Under the pieces are notes generated by a model. That model ran no database searches and had not been told where the DNA came from. It saw nothing but the letters and a program-made list of their open reading frames with translations. From an uncultured bacterium (GTDB lineage Bacteria > Eisenbacteria > RBG-16-71-46 > JAFGJU01), in assembly GCA_964570935.1 (NCBI GenBank), contig CAZMZP010000077.1:12893-76892 (forward strand): a stretch of DNA of 64,000 nucleotides, given 5' to 3'. The translations under genes and the position numbers were made by a program. Of the stretch, positions 9,297 to 18,644 are shown piece by piece (position 1 is the first letter of the stretch; every line of letters starts with the position of its first letter).

Positions 9297-10784
9297 TCAG
9301 CTCTTCGCGCCCGGGCTCGGTTCGTCGTTCCCACGCGTCTCCAGAATCGACGGCAGGATGACTGCGCACGCCGATATCAGGCCGGCATTGACGTACCAGT
9401 TGAAGCGCATCACGTTGTGGCCGAACAGTCCCAGGAAGAGCAGCAGCCAGATGGACGCGAGCGACGCACTGGCCACGGAGCCGACGAATGATACGTCGTC
9501 CGACCCCGTCAGCGAGGCGGGGCCTGCCGTCCAGGCCCCGCGTGAGGGCGATGCGGACAGCCGTCCCGCCAGTCTCATGGACGCTATCACGAACCCCGCG
9601 AACGTCAGCAATCCGAGCAGCCCGGTCTCTCCGGCCACCTGGGCCAGCAGGTTGTGGGCCTGGAGCCAGCTCTGATAGTCCGCGGGTGAATACCGCGTGG
9701 CGTGCGCCACGCTGAAGTTCCCGACCCCGACGCCGAGCAGCGGCCTGTCCAGGAACATCTGAGCGCCCACCTTGAGTCCCGTGATTCTGCCGCGCGCCGA
9801 CTCGCCCGCGGACGGGTTGCGCTCAAAGTCGAAAGTGGTCATGAACCTGTCTTTGTACTGGAGCGGCATGGCCAGCCACACGCCGGCCACGACGATGACC
9901 GCGAGCGCGGCCACGACGACCTTCCTCCTGGACCTGAGCCAGACGTAGAACAGCATGAACAGAGCCGCGAACATGGCCGCCCGGGAGCCGGTCAGCACCA
10001 CGACAAAACTGCCGGCGCAGACCACACCGAACCACACGAGCCGCCACAGGACTCCGGCCCGGGACCTCATGGTGTAGACGCCGAGACACACGGCCAGGAG
10101 CAGGCTGGCGGCCAGCGAGTTGGGGTCTCCCCTGGACACGGACGATGTGGTGGCGCGGAGAATCCCCATCCTGGTGTAGTCGTACCCTTCAGAATAGTAG
10201 AGCCTGATGCTCTCGCCGGCCATCCACACGTGCCCCAGCGCGAACACGAGCAGGAACACGTACAGTCTCTTCGGGCTGTCGACGAGCTGCGAGACGAGGA
10301 AGAACAGCACTCCTGCCTTGATCAGCTCTATCCAGGCGTCCACCGCGGCGGCCTTCCAGACTGAGGTGAAGATGGAGCAGAAACAGACAACCACGAAAGC
10401 GGCGAGCCAGCCGGCCACGCCGCGCGAATAGGTCACCGGAGCTCTCCTGACCGCGGCCTGCAGCCCCCAGCCCAGCATGGCCAGCACCGCGGAAAGACGC
10501 TCCACGTGTATGGCCTCCAGCTGGACGACCCCCTCCTGGGGCCTGACGGCCACAAGCACCATGTAGAGCAGGAGCGCCGGAAACGGGTTGAACAGAAGCC
10601 AGAGCGACGCGTACAGAGCAACGGTCACGATTGCCACGAGCGCGGGGTCCAGGAAGAGCAGCAGAACGCCGGCGGAGGCAGGTATGACGAAGACTCCTAT
10701 CACTTTGACGAGCATTGACGGATTGAAGAGCGGCTCTCTGTCAGAGGCCATTCCCGTACTCCATAGCGGGCGCCGCCTGTTCAT
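9297..10784 (-). CDS. O-antigen ligase / Wzy-like polymerase family membrane protein
   Basis: About 10 TM helices. Conserved Wzy_C-type loop ...LTGSRAAMFAALFML.... Last gene of the polysaccharide operon, with 4-nt overlap to the upstream GT2. Confidence 0.55.
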   Translation of the reverse strand: MNRRRPLWSTGMASDREPLFNPSMLVKVIGVFVIPASAGVLLLFLDPALVAIVTVALYASLWLLFNPFPALLLYMVLVAVRPQEGVVQLEAIHVERLSAVLAMLGWGLQAAVRRAPVTYSRGVAGWLAAFVVVCFCSIFTSVWKAAAVDAWIELIKAGVLFFLVSQLVDSPKRLYVFLLVFALGHVWMAGESIRLYYSEGYDYTRMGILRATTSSVSRGDPNSLAASLLLAVCLGVYTMRSRAGVLWRLVWFGVVCAGSFVVVLTGSRAAMFAALFMLFYVWLRSRRKVVVAALAVIVVAGVWLAMPLQYKDRFMTTFDFERNPSAGESARGRITGLKVGAQMFLDRPLLGVGVGNFSVAHATRYSPADYQSWLQAHNLLAQVAGETGLLGLLTFAGFVIASMRLAGRLSASPSRGAWTAGPASLTGSDDVSFVGSVASASLASIWLLLFLGLFGHNVMRFNWYVNAGLISACAVILPSILETRGNDEPSPGAKS

Positions 10785-11821
10785 CGCCGGCCGCCTCCTT
10801 CTGGTTCGCCCGGTCGCGCCGCGCGCGGTCCTTCGAAAAGCTTCCTCCAGAACCCGGCGACGAGGCCCGCGTGAATCGCCAGGAAAGCGGCGAACACGCG
10901 AGGCAGAAGTCCCACTTCCCTCTTCGCCGACAACGCCGCGGACGTGACGGCCACCGTGGCGGCGTACGCCAGAACCAGCCCCATGAGCAGGTTCCCGGCG
11001 TGTCTCGAGAAGGCCGATCCTGCAGCCAGCGCCACTACTGCCATCGGGGGGACACCCAACAGCACGGCGCCGGTGAGCCCCCGCCGGGGGTGTTTGGCGA
11101 ACAGCCGGGCGCGACCCGCGCCGTATCGCATCATTTGTCTGAACAGCGAACCCAGACTGTCGCGCGGCTTGTAGCGGATCGTGAGACGCGGGCTGGTGAA
11201 CGCCTTGAGGCCGGACGCCCGCGCTCTCAGGTTGAAGTCGACGTCTTCACAGGCGTCGAACGATTCGTCGAAGAACCCGATCGTGTCGAACACGCGTCGG
11301 GCGTAGGCCGCACCGGAGCTCTCCGGGTCGACAAAACCCTGCTCGCTTTCCGCGAATATGTGCGAACCGGGGTTGTGCCCCAACCGGGACGCCCTGGCCA
11401 GCGCGATTGCCTGCTGAGTCGCGGACAGTTCCGATGTCTGGAGCGGCTGCGGCCGGCACATGACGTCCGCCCCGGTGCTCCGGAAGAGCTGACTCAAGCT
11501 GCCCAGCAGGAACCTGTCCGGAACCTCGCAGTGCCCATCTACGAACATGACCACGTCTCCCCTGGCCGCCCGCGCGCCCGCGTTTCTTCCGGCACTCGAG
11601 AGACGAGCCGGGTTGAGAAGCACTCTCACGTTGGAGTGGGCGCGGCTCAGCCGGGACGCGACTGCGAGTGTGTCGTCAGTCGACCCGCCGTCCACCACGA
11701 GGACCTCGAACTTGTCCGCCGGGTAATCCTGGCCCAACAGGGCCCGGAGGACGACCTCCAGGGACCCGCCCTCGTTCAGCACCGGAATCACGACGGACAC
11801 GAACAGCGGGGCGTCATCCAT
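10781..11821 (-). CDS. Family 2 glycosyltransferase (GT-A fold) with C-terminal TM segments
   Basis: MDDAPLFVSVVIPVLNEGGSLEVVLRALLGQDYPADKFEVLVVDGGSTDDT is the classic GT2 N-terminus with DxD. Start set at ATG 11821, just after the upstream gene's stop. Confidence 0.7.
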   Translation of the reverse strand: MDDAPLFVSVVIPVLNEGGSLEVVLRALLGQDYPADKFEVLVVDGGSTDDTLAVASRLSRAHSNVRVLLNPARLSSAGRNAGARAARGDVVMFVDGHCEVPDRFLLGSLSQLFRSTGADVMCRPQPLQTSELSATQQAIALARASRLGHNPGSHIFAESEQGFVDPESSGAAYARRVFDTIGFFDESFDACEDVDFNLRARASGLKAFTSPRLTIRYKPRDSLGSLFRQMMRYGAGRARLFAKHPRRGLTGAVLLGVPPMAVVALAAGSAFSRHAGNLLMGLVLAYAATVAVTSAALSAKREVGLLPRVFAAFLAIHAGLVAGFWRKLFEGPRAARPGEPEGGGRR

Positions 11822-13025
11822 GCCCGGACACTCCTCTGTACACGTTCTGCAGGAGCTCGCACTGCCGCGCGAACGAATGACTGCCTGCGACCGCGGCCCG
11901 CGCCGACTGGCCCAGCCGGCGCGCCAGCCCCGGGTCCGAGACCAGGCGGAGGACGGCCGCGGCAAGTGCCTCGCTGTCCGCGGGGTCGACCACCAGGCCG
12001 TTCTCTCCGTCCCGGAGCAGGTCCTTCACCCCCCCCACACCCGTGGCCACCACCGGCCTGGAGGCGGCCATCGCTTCCAGCAGCGCGTTGGGCAGCCCCT
12101 CACTCAAGGACGGCAGGACGAACACATCGGCCTCCCCAACGAACGACGCGAAATCCGGAACGAGGCCCGCAAACCTGACGCACTCCGCGCAGCCCAACCG
12201 AACAGCCTGCGAGCGAAGCCGGCCCATCAGGGGGCCGTCACCGAATATCAGCAATGCGATGTCGCCGTCCCTCTTGAGAATCGCCGGCATTGCGTCGAGC
12301 AAATGGTTCAGCCCCTTCTCGGGAGAGAGCCTCGATGCCGCGGCCAGCACGGTCCGCGCCTCGAGACTTCCGACAATGGACTCGAGTCTCTCCCTCCGCG
12401 GGCGACCCTTCTCACGCGGCGTGCCCGCCCCGCGCGGCCCGCTCGTTCCGCTCGACCCGGCCTTGGTGTCGCGCTCTCCGGCCGCGTCCGGCACGTCGAC
12501 GGCGTTGGGCACCAGGATGACCTTCCCGGGAGGAAACCCCCTGCCGGTCAGGAACATTTGCTGCTCCTTGGCCACGACCACCACGTGGCTGACGGCGGCC
12601 AGAACTCGCCGCTCCATCCGGTGGAAAAGCCTTACTCTGAGGTTCTCCCTCGTCACTCCTCTCCAGAACACGATCTGTGGCACTCTCGAACCGCGCAGCG
12701 CGCGCCTGCATAGGAGAGAAGAACGATAGTCGTGCGTGCAGACCACGTCGGGCGCAATTTCGGAGAAGGCCTCTCTGAGCCTGCCTACCTGCCTGGGATC
12801 ATAGGCCGTGAGACACGGAATCGAGCGGGCCTCCAGGCCCGCACCCCGAGCCCGCGCCACGAGCTCCGTCTCGCGTCCGTTCTCGTCGAAACTGATCACG
12901 ACCACCCGGATTCCGCTGCCCAGCGTCCTCAGAGCCTGGACGGCGTGTCCCAGTATCTGTTTCTCGGGCCCGCCGAAAAAGTTGCTCGCCCGGACGTGGA
13001 CCGCCTTTATTTCATTCACGTTCAC
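11814..13025 (-). CDS. Family 4 glycosyltransferase (GT-B)
   Basis: C-terminal EGLPNALLEAMAASRPVVATGVGG GT1/GT4 signature (EX7E region). Probable GTG start at 13025 preceded by GAGGA. The ORF track extends to 13361 but that N-terminal extension is low-complexity. Carries an Arg/Ser-rich internal insertion. Confidence 0.65.
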   Translation of the reverse strand: MNVNEIKAVHVRASNFFGGPEKQILGHAVQALRTLGSGIRVVVISFDENGRETELVARARGAGLEARSIPCLTAYDPRQVGRLREAFSEIAPDVVCTHDYRSSLLCRRALRGSRVPQIVFWRGVTRENLRVRLFHRMERRVLAAVSHVVVVAKEQQMFLTGRGFPPGKVILVPNAVDVPDAAGERDTKAGSSGTSGPRGAGTPREKGRPRRERLESIVGSLEARTVLAAASRLSPEKGLNHLLDAMPAILKRDGDIALLIFGDGPLMGRLRSQAVRLGCAECVRFAGLVPDFASFVGEADVFVLPSLSEGLPNALLEAMAASRPVVATGVGGVKDLLRDGENGLVVDPADSEALAAAVLRLVSDPGLARRLGQSARAAVAGSHSFARQCELLQNVYRGVSGHG

Positions 13026-13054
13026 TGGGTCCTCACTCTGATGGCGACACGCTT

Positions 13055-15295
13055 TCACCGGGTCTTCACGTTCGGCGTACCCTGCGGATGGAGCAGTCTC
13101 CAGTACAAACACCACAACTGCCTGAGCGCGTCCCTCATCAGGAACTTCGCGTTCGCGTCCTTCCTGGCCTGCGATCCGATCCAGGTGCGCAGGTGCGAAT
13201 CCCCGGCGAGCTTCAGGATCGCCTCGGCCAGCAGGGCCGGCCTTTCTGAAGGCACGAGCAGACCGCTCTCGCAGTTCGATACTATTTCGGCGTTTCCGCC
13301 GACGTCCGTGGCCGCGATGGCGGAACCCGCAAAGCAGTACTCCAGAAGGGCGTTCGAGCATCCCTCGCTGCGGGACGAGACCACGGCCACGTCGAAGCCG
13401 GACACGTACTCGTAGGCGGCACGGTTGAACCCGTGAAACGTTACGGCGTCTCCGAGGCCAAGCTCGGCCGCAAGCGCGGTCAGTGCGCCGCGAAGCTCTC
13501 CCTCTCCGAACACCGGGAACCGCGCGGCCGGCTCCGCTTTGTGTACGAGCGAGGCGGCCTCCAGGAAGACGTCGACTCCCTTCACGTGTCTCAGGTTCGC
13601 CACGATGCCGACGCAGACGTCATGCGGCCTCAGCCCCAACTTCGACTTGGCCTCTCCCGGCGACAGCGTCGTGCCCTCCGGTACGAACATCCCGTTGTGC
13701 AGGACGACCGCCTTCGCCCGGGGTATCCTCTCGTCCTCCAGGACGCAGTCTCTGACGGCGAACGAATTGGACAGCACACACGAAGTCATTCTGTTCAGAA
13801 GCCTGATCAGGAACATCTGGGACCGCTTGCCGGTGAGGCTCCTGAGGCCCCTCCTGGCCGAGATGCGCACCGGAACTCGCGACAGCACCGCGGCGACGGT
13901 GCCCAGCACCACTGAATCGAAGAAGAACAGATGGACCACGTCGATCTTCTCCCGCCGCATCAGTCTGACAAGGATGAAGAGGCCCTTCAGGAAACCCGGG
14001 CCCAGCAGCTTCTCCACGCCCAGCACGGTCACGGGGCAGGCGAACCCCTTGGGTGCTTCTCCGCGGAGCACGCAGAGAAACGGGTTCACGAATTCCCTGT
14101 CCACGTTTCGCAGTGTGCCCTCGAGCTGGGTCTCTGTGCCGCCCGCGTAGTCCGGGTGCAGGTAGTCGATCACGTAAAGGACGTTTAAGGATTTCCTCTG
14201 CAGGGTCAAGGAACGCAGCCGTCTCTGCTTCACCCCGGCCATCATCGACTCGAGAGCCAGCAGGCAGGAGAACAGGTTGAGGGGCTGCTCCTCATAGCCT
14301 CCGGGCGCCTCGACCCGCGGCAGCAGGAACTGTCCCGGGGTGAGGCTCACGGCCCCGCGCACTGTTGTGAGAACCGCCTCGAACCCGACCTCCCTGGCCA
14401 GGGCCACGTCCTGCGGCCTGAAATCCGCGGCGGTGCCGTTCGGGAACGCGAAGTAGCGCACCGGCCGGCCGGCGGCCTCCTCCAGCACGCGTTTGGAGGT
14501 CATCAGCTCGCCGCGCGCCTCCTCAACCGACAGCAGGGAGAAAACTTCGTGGGTGTGACTGTGCGAGCCGATTTCGATGCCGGATTCCACCAGTGTCTTG
14601 AGATCGTCCCCGGACAGGTACAGCCCGCCCGGACAAGGGGTGTCGGTGGCAAGACCGTTCACCAGAAACAGATCCCTCAGCGCCATCTCCCTGCGCCTTG
14701 CGGGCATGTAACGCAGGAACGACTTCAGCGTTATCACGGCGTCCCGCTTCCGCACGAAGTCGCCGGTGTCGATGGAAACGGCGTAGCCCAGGTACTTCGG
14801 CAGCGTCACTCTGTCCAGCTGCCCCACCAGCCACTCGACCACGTCGGTCCAGATGAGGAAAGCCGGGTCAAGGGTCTTGCTGATGATGAAGGCGGTCGCG
14901 CATATTCCGTGCTTCTTGAGGACGGGAAGGGCGTGAGTGACGAGGCTCTTCCGTCCGTCGTCAAACGTGACGGCCAGGAGCGGCCGCCCTGTTCCCGCCC
15001 CGCGGGAGGCCGCGCCGCCTGGTCCGGCGGCCGTCAGTTCCAGAACGCGGCTCAGGGGGACCACGTCGAAGTGTGTCTTGAAATGCCGCAGCGTCTGCTC
15101 GAAAGTCTGCACGTCCACGCCGTAAGTGAGCTCGTCTCCCGCGGTGCAGACGTCGTGAAAAGTTACTATCCAGGCGTGGGGGCCGGACAGGGCTCTGCCC
15201 ACACGCATCGTCATCGAGGAAAGCACGCCCGCCCGCTGGCCCAACCAGCACAGCGATTGAGTGACGTGCAGCTTCCTCGCGCCTCTTGAATTCAT
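13055..15295 (-). CDS. Bifunctional polysaccharide deacetylase (NodB domain) / GT4 glycosyltransferase fusion
   Basis: N-terminal half has LLAVTFDDGRKSLVTHALPVLKKHGICATAFII ... GSHSHTHE (NodB motifs 1-3). C-terminal half has a GT4 N-terminus KSLNVLYVIDYLHPDYAGGTE and the signature EGCSNALLEYCFAGSAIAATDVGGNAEIV. Start chosen at MNSRGARK (15295), just below the upstream gene's stop at 15310. Confidence 0.65.
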   Translation of the reverse strand: MNSRGARKLHVTQSLCWLGQRAGVLSSMTMRVGRALSGPHAWIVTFHDVCTAGDELTYGVDVQTFEQTLRHFKTHFDVVPLSRVLELTAAGPGGAASRGAGTGRPLLAVTFDDGRKSLVTHALPVLKKHGICATAFIISKTLDPAFLIWTDVVEWLVGQLDRVTLPKYLGYAVSIDTGDFVRKRDAVITLKSFLRYMPARRREMALRDLFLVNGLATDTPCPGGLYLSGDDLKTLVESGIEIGSHSHTHEVFSLLSVEEARGELMTSKRVLEEAAGRPVRYFAFPNGTAADFRPQDVALAREVGFEAVLTTVRGAVSLTPGQFLLPRVEAPGGYEEQPLNLFSCLLALESMMAGVKQRRLRSLTLQRKSLNVLYVIDYLHPDYAGGTETQLEGTLRNVDREFVNPFLCVLRGEAPKGFACPVTVLGVEKLLGPGFLKGLFILVRLMRREKIDVVHLFFFDSVVLGTVAAVLSRVPVRISARRGLRSLTGKRSQMFLIRLLNRMTSCVLSNSFAVRDCVLEDERIPRAKAVVLHNGMFVPEGTTLSPGEAKSKLGLRPHDVCVGIVANLRHVKGVDVFLEAASLVHKAEPAARFPVFGEGELRGALTALAAELGLGDAVTFHGFNRAAYEYVSGFDVAVVSSRSEGCSNALLEYCFAGSAIAATDVGGNAEIVSNCESGLLVPSERPALLAEAILKLAGDSHLRTWIGSQARKDANAKFLMRDALRQLWCLYWRLLHPQGTPNVKTR

Positions 15296-15309
15296 CCCTA
15301 TGTGCAAGT

Positions 15310-16473
15310 TTACGCGCTCCTGGTGCCGGCCGGGTTCGGCGATCCCGCGCTGTCCCGCGGCTCGCTCGGCCGGGGCCCGCTCGGCCGGGGCCCGAGCATC
15401 TTCTTGGCGGGCTCCACGACGCGGCTCTCCACCGCGTGGAGCAGCCTTCCCTTCCACGATTTCCCGAAGAACAGCAGCTCCGAGTGCCTGGTGGCCCCGG
15501 CGGTCCACCTCAGCTTATAGAAATCCGCCTCACCGCCCATGTCGTATTCTTCGAACCCGAGCTCGAACAGGCGCCTGATGATTTCCTTGTCCAGCACGCT
15601 GCCCACGCCCAGGTCTCGTCTCTTCTCGTCGAATTCCGCCCTGAGCGCCTGGACCCGCTTTTCGCGTGTGATGTGAAACTCGAAGGCGACCGGCTCTCCG
15701 TTGAGCCGCATCAGCCACAAGCTCAACTCACCCCTGCTCCCGAATCTCTCAGCCAGCAGTGCATAGAACTTCCTGCTTTCCGGGTCGCTGCCTATGGCGC
15801 GGCCCCGGGACGCCTTCCAGCTCGCGGCGCCTACGCGGAAAAGAGTGTCCATCGCGGCCGCGGCCGCCCCGGCGTCCGTGATGTGCTCCACCTCGACCTT
15901 CCCCACCGCGGAAATCCTGTTCTCCTTGTTGTGGAGCGAGCGCCTCAGGTTCCTCGGCCGCGAGTCGAAGAACTCCTGCCAAGGCCCAGTCATCCCCAGA
16001 AGGGGCGAGCTCATGGTCTCCCTGCTGAGTAAGAGGAACCCGGCCGCCGACGCCTCGTCCACCGCGAGCTCGAACAGCAGGCTCCCGTGCGGGACGTTCT
16101 CCAGTACCACCAGGTCCCAGCCCGGCAGGCGGAGCGTCTCCCGGACGAGGAGCCGCGCCAGCTCGCTCCGGCCTTCCCTCACCAGAAACGCGCACCGCGG
16201 CGCGTGCCTGTTATACAGGAACCTGAGCTGCGCGCACGGGACCGCCCTGTACGTGCCCCCGGCGACGCAGACGGGCGCGACCGCCATCAGCGTGTCTCCT
16301 TCGAAAAGGGTCACGAGCGAAAGCCGCGTCTTCCGCCCGAACGCCTCGATCCAGCACGAGAACCATTCGTGGCTGAGGGCCGGTGACAGCGGCCACGGCC
16401 CGGCCGTGAGAGAATCCCACTGTCCCGCAAGCTGATTGAATCGTTCTTTTTCGCAGATGATCTCGGTTCTCAT
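15310..16473 (-). CDS. FemAB/CelD-like GNAT-fold acyltransferase (Acetyltransf_6 type)
   Basis: C-terminal ...FEFHITREKRVQALRAEFDEK...GFEEYDMGGEADFYKLRWTAG resembles cellulose-biosynthesis CelD / FemAB-related transferases of exopolysaccharide loci. Confidence 0.55.
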   Translation of the reverse strand: MRTEIICEKERFNQLAGQWDSLTAGPWPLSPALSHEWFSCWIEAFGRKTRLSLVTLFEGDTLMAVAPVCVAGGTYRAVPCAQLRFLYNRHAPRCAFLVREGRSELARLLVRETLRLPGWDLVVLENVPHGSLLFELAVDEASAAGFLLLSRETMSSPLLGMTGPWQEFFDSRPRNLRRSLHNKENRISAVGKVEVEHITDAGAAAAAMDTLFRVGAASWKASRGRAIGSDPESRKFYALLAERFGSRGELSLWLMRLNGEPVAFEFHITREKRVQALRAEFDEKRRDLGVGSVLDKEIIRRLFELGFEEYDMGGEADFYKLRWTAGATRHSELLFFGKSWKGRLLHAVESRVVEPAKKMLGPRPSGPRPSEPRDSAGSPNPAGTRSA

Positions 16474-16495
16474 CCTGCCCCGGTTGGGGCCCTCC

Positions 16496-17302
16496 TCACT
16501 CCTGGCCCCCGCCTCCCGGTCCGGTCCGGGGCCGGGCGCCGGGCTCGCTCCCGGGCGAACCGCACGTCGAGAACATTTTCTCGAGCAGCCTCTCCGGCCT
16601 CGTCGAGAACAACTGTATTCCCAGGATGCGCGTGAAACGCACCTGGCCCAAGGGCACGAACCCCAGCGAACAGAACAGGCCAGCCGATGCCGCGTTGCTC
16701 CGGGGTATGTGACACACCACTCCCGCGAAGGATTCGTCTCTCAGGAATTGTAGAGTCTCCGCCAGCAGCGCCGCTCCGATTCCCTTTCTTCTCATCTGTG
16801 GCGCGACGTACACGTCGCTCAGATAGGCGATCCGACCGGGCAGGTCGAGGGCCCTTTCGAAATCCACTATGAAGACGCGCCCGCCTCCGACCTTGCAGAA
16901 GGCAACGGTTTGGCCGGCGGGAGCCCAGAGCGTCCATCGGTGGCCGCACTCAACGGCCACGTCCAGTTCCCGCTCGTCCGCGGCCCAGGCCAGCCCGCCG
17001 GAGCGGCGGAGCCACTCGGCCAGCTCACGCGGGTCGGCGACCGCGAAATCGCGTGTGGTTGCGCCTGCCGCGGAAGGGGGCGGCGGGCCGAAGCCTGCGA
17101 CTCCTCCTCCCGGCTGCCGGGACGCAGTGCCCGGCTGCGAGTCCGCCGGGGACAGCTCTTTCCCGAACCAGACAGCGGAGTTGGTCTTGAAGACCGCACT
17201 GCCCAACCGCGCGGCCACCCGTCTGAGCAGTTCCGCAGTTCCTCGGGTTCGCCAGATTTCAGCGGCCCTTCTAACAGGGTCCGGATGAGAAGTGTGGTCC
17301 AT
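16496..17302 (-). CDS. GNAT family N-acetyltransferase
   Basis: Acetyl-CoA binding motif VAPQMRRKGIGAALLAE (Q/RxxGxG/A). Confidence 0.6.
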   Translation of the reverse strand: MDHTSHPDPVRRAAEIWRTRGTAELLRRVAARLGSAVFKTNSAVWFGKELSPADSQPGTASRQPGGGVAGFGPPPPSAAGATTRDFAVADPRELAEWLRRSGGLAWAADERELDVAVECGHRWTLWAPAGQTVAFCKVGGGRVFIVDFERALDLPGRIAYLSDVYVAPQMRRKGIGAALLAETLQFLRDESFAGVVCHIPRSNAASAGLFCSLGFVPLGQVRFTRILGIQLFSTRPERLLEKMFSTCGSPGSEPGARPRTGPGGGGQE

Positions 17303-18488
17303 CTGCCAGGTCCGGCGCGCCTCTTCGACCGGCGCGCCTTATTAAGTATTGCGAGAAGCGTTTCGACACTGACTCGACGAGACTCGGGTTCCTCTGCACG
17401 GACAGTATGCACTCAGTGCAGATCCCTATGTTCTTTCCTTCCTGGGCGCGGATGAATTCTCTGTGCTTCTGGTTGCCCCAGATCTCTCCCAGGGGACGCT
17501 CCGTGACGTTGCCCAGATGATACCCCGAGAAGAACGGACAGCAGAGCACGTTGCCGGCCGGGTCCAGTATGACGTGAGTTCTACACACATAGCAGCTTTT
17601 CCACGGCAGCTTGCCCGAGCTCATCTGCTGCGGGAGCAGGACGTCTATGTTCTCCGTGTTGAACGTCACTCCCCTGGGCCTCCGCGCCGAGTGCGTCCCG
17701 GCGATCCAGTCCTTCAGGTACTTGACGTCTTCCTCAGTCAGGTACTGGGTTTCGCTCTGGGCGACGTAGTAAGGGTCGGGCAAGACACCCGCGACGGCGG
17801 AGCGGGCTATCGCGGCCGGGCTGACCTCGCCGACGTACTCGAGCGCGAGCACGTCCGGCTTTAAGTCTTCGGCCAGGTCTATGAGGGGGGCGAGCCTCCT
17901 GGCGTTGACCCTGGAAACCGTGCAATTGATGACTATCTGAGGGACGCGGCCGTCCTTTGACAGAGCCTCTCTCGCCTTCATCACGTTACGGAGGGCGGCC
18001 AGAGCCCTGTCGAACGCGCCGGGCGTGCCCCTGATCGCGTCGTGCGTGTCCCCCACGCCGTCGATGGAGACGGCCACCACCCTGGTGCCCGAGAGCACCG
18101 TGTCGCGCGCCGCCCCGGCGTCCATCAGGAGCCCGTTCGTCACCAGGTCACATGGAATTCCGTTTTCCGACGCGCACCGTACCAGAGGAAACAGAACGTC
18201 CGGACGGAGCAGCGCGTCCCCTCCGAACATCTCGAAGTGGGAGACGCCGGCCCGGCGGAAATCGCCGACCAGGCGCGTCCAGCTCTCGAGCGGCATCTCG
18301 GTCTCGGTGCTTCCCCGCTTCCACATGACGCAGGTCGTGCATCGCGAGGAGCACCGGTACGTGATGAAGAGAAGGCCGTGAGTGGGCCTGACCAGCCGGT
18401 AGGCGACTTCTCGCCTGAGAAGTCTGCGGACAAATCGCGCGGTGTCCCTTACGTCCAGATGTACCTCCTCGAGCGGGCGGCGGACCAC
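17271..18488 (-). CDS. Radical SAM enzyme with C-terminal SPASM domain
   Basis: CX3CX2C cluster YRCSSRCTTC. C-terminal Cys-rich SPASM-like segment CYVCRTHVILDPAGNVLCCPF...GNV...GICTEC. First gene of the operon. GTG start, exact N-terminus uncertain. Confidence 0.7.
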   Translation of the reverse strand: MVRRPLEEVHLDVRDTARFVRRLLRREVAYRLVRPTHGLLFITYRCSSRCTTCVMWKRGSTETEMPLESWTRLVGDFRRAGVSHFEMFGGDALLRPDVLFPLVRCASENGIPCDLVTNGLLMDAGAARDTVLSGTRVVAVSIDGVGDTHDAIRGTPGAFDRALAALRNVMKAREALSKDGRVPQIVINCTVSRVNARRLAPLIDLAEDLKPDVLALEYVGEVSPAAIARSAVAGVLPDPYYVAQSETQYLTEEDVKYLKDWIAGTHSARRPRGVTFNTENIDVLLPQQMSSGKLPWKSCYVCRTHVILDPAGNVLCCPFFSGYHLGNVTERPLGEIWGNQKHREFIRAQEGKNIGICTECILSVQRNPSLVESVSKRFSQYLIRRAGRRGAPDLADGPHFSSGPC

Positions 18489-18543
18489 GGGACGGACGCC
18501 GCGCGGGTCTCACGAGCGCGGAGGCAATCCGTTCCCGGTCCAC

Positions 18544-18571
18544 AGAATAAGACAAGAAGCGGAACTGTCAA
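18544..18571 (-). promoter_or_regulatory. Sigma70-like promoter (TTGACA-N16-TATTCT) for the radical-SAM-led polysaccharide operon
   Basis: Minus-strand reading ccctgTTGACAgttccgcttcttgtctTATTCTgtgg. -35 at 18566-18571, -10 at 18544-18549, predicted TSS about 18536. Confidence 0.4.
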
Positions 18572-18644
18572 CAGGGGAAACCAGGAAACGGGCGGAAAAC
18601 GGGGGCTCGCGGACCCGAGCACCGGGGGGGCCGGGCCGCGCCGT

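Noticed and set aside
11814-13361. Long N-terminal extension (to 13361) of the GT4 gene, and the 12732..13415(+) ORF
   Set aside because: The extension is Arg/Gly-rich with no GT4 similarity. A GTG start with SD at 13025 gives a canonical GT4 length and leaves a 30-bp gap to the upstream gene.
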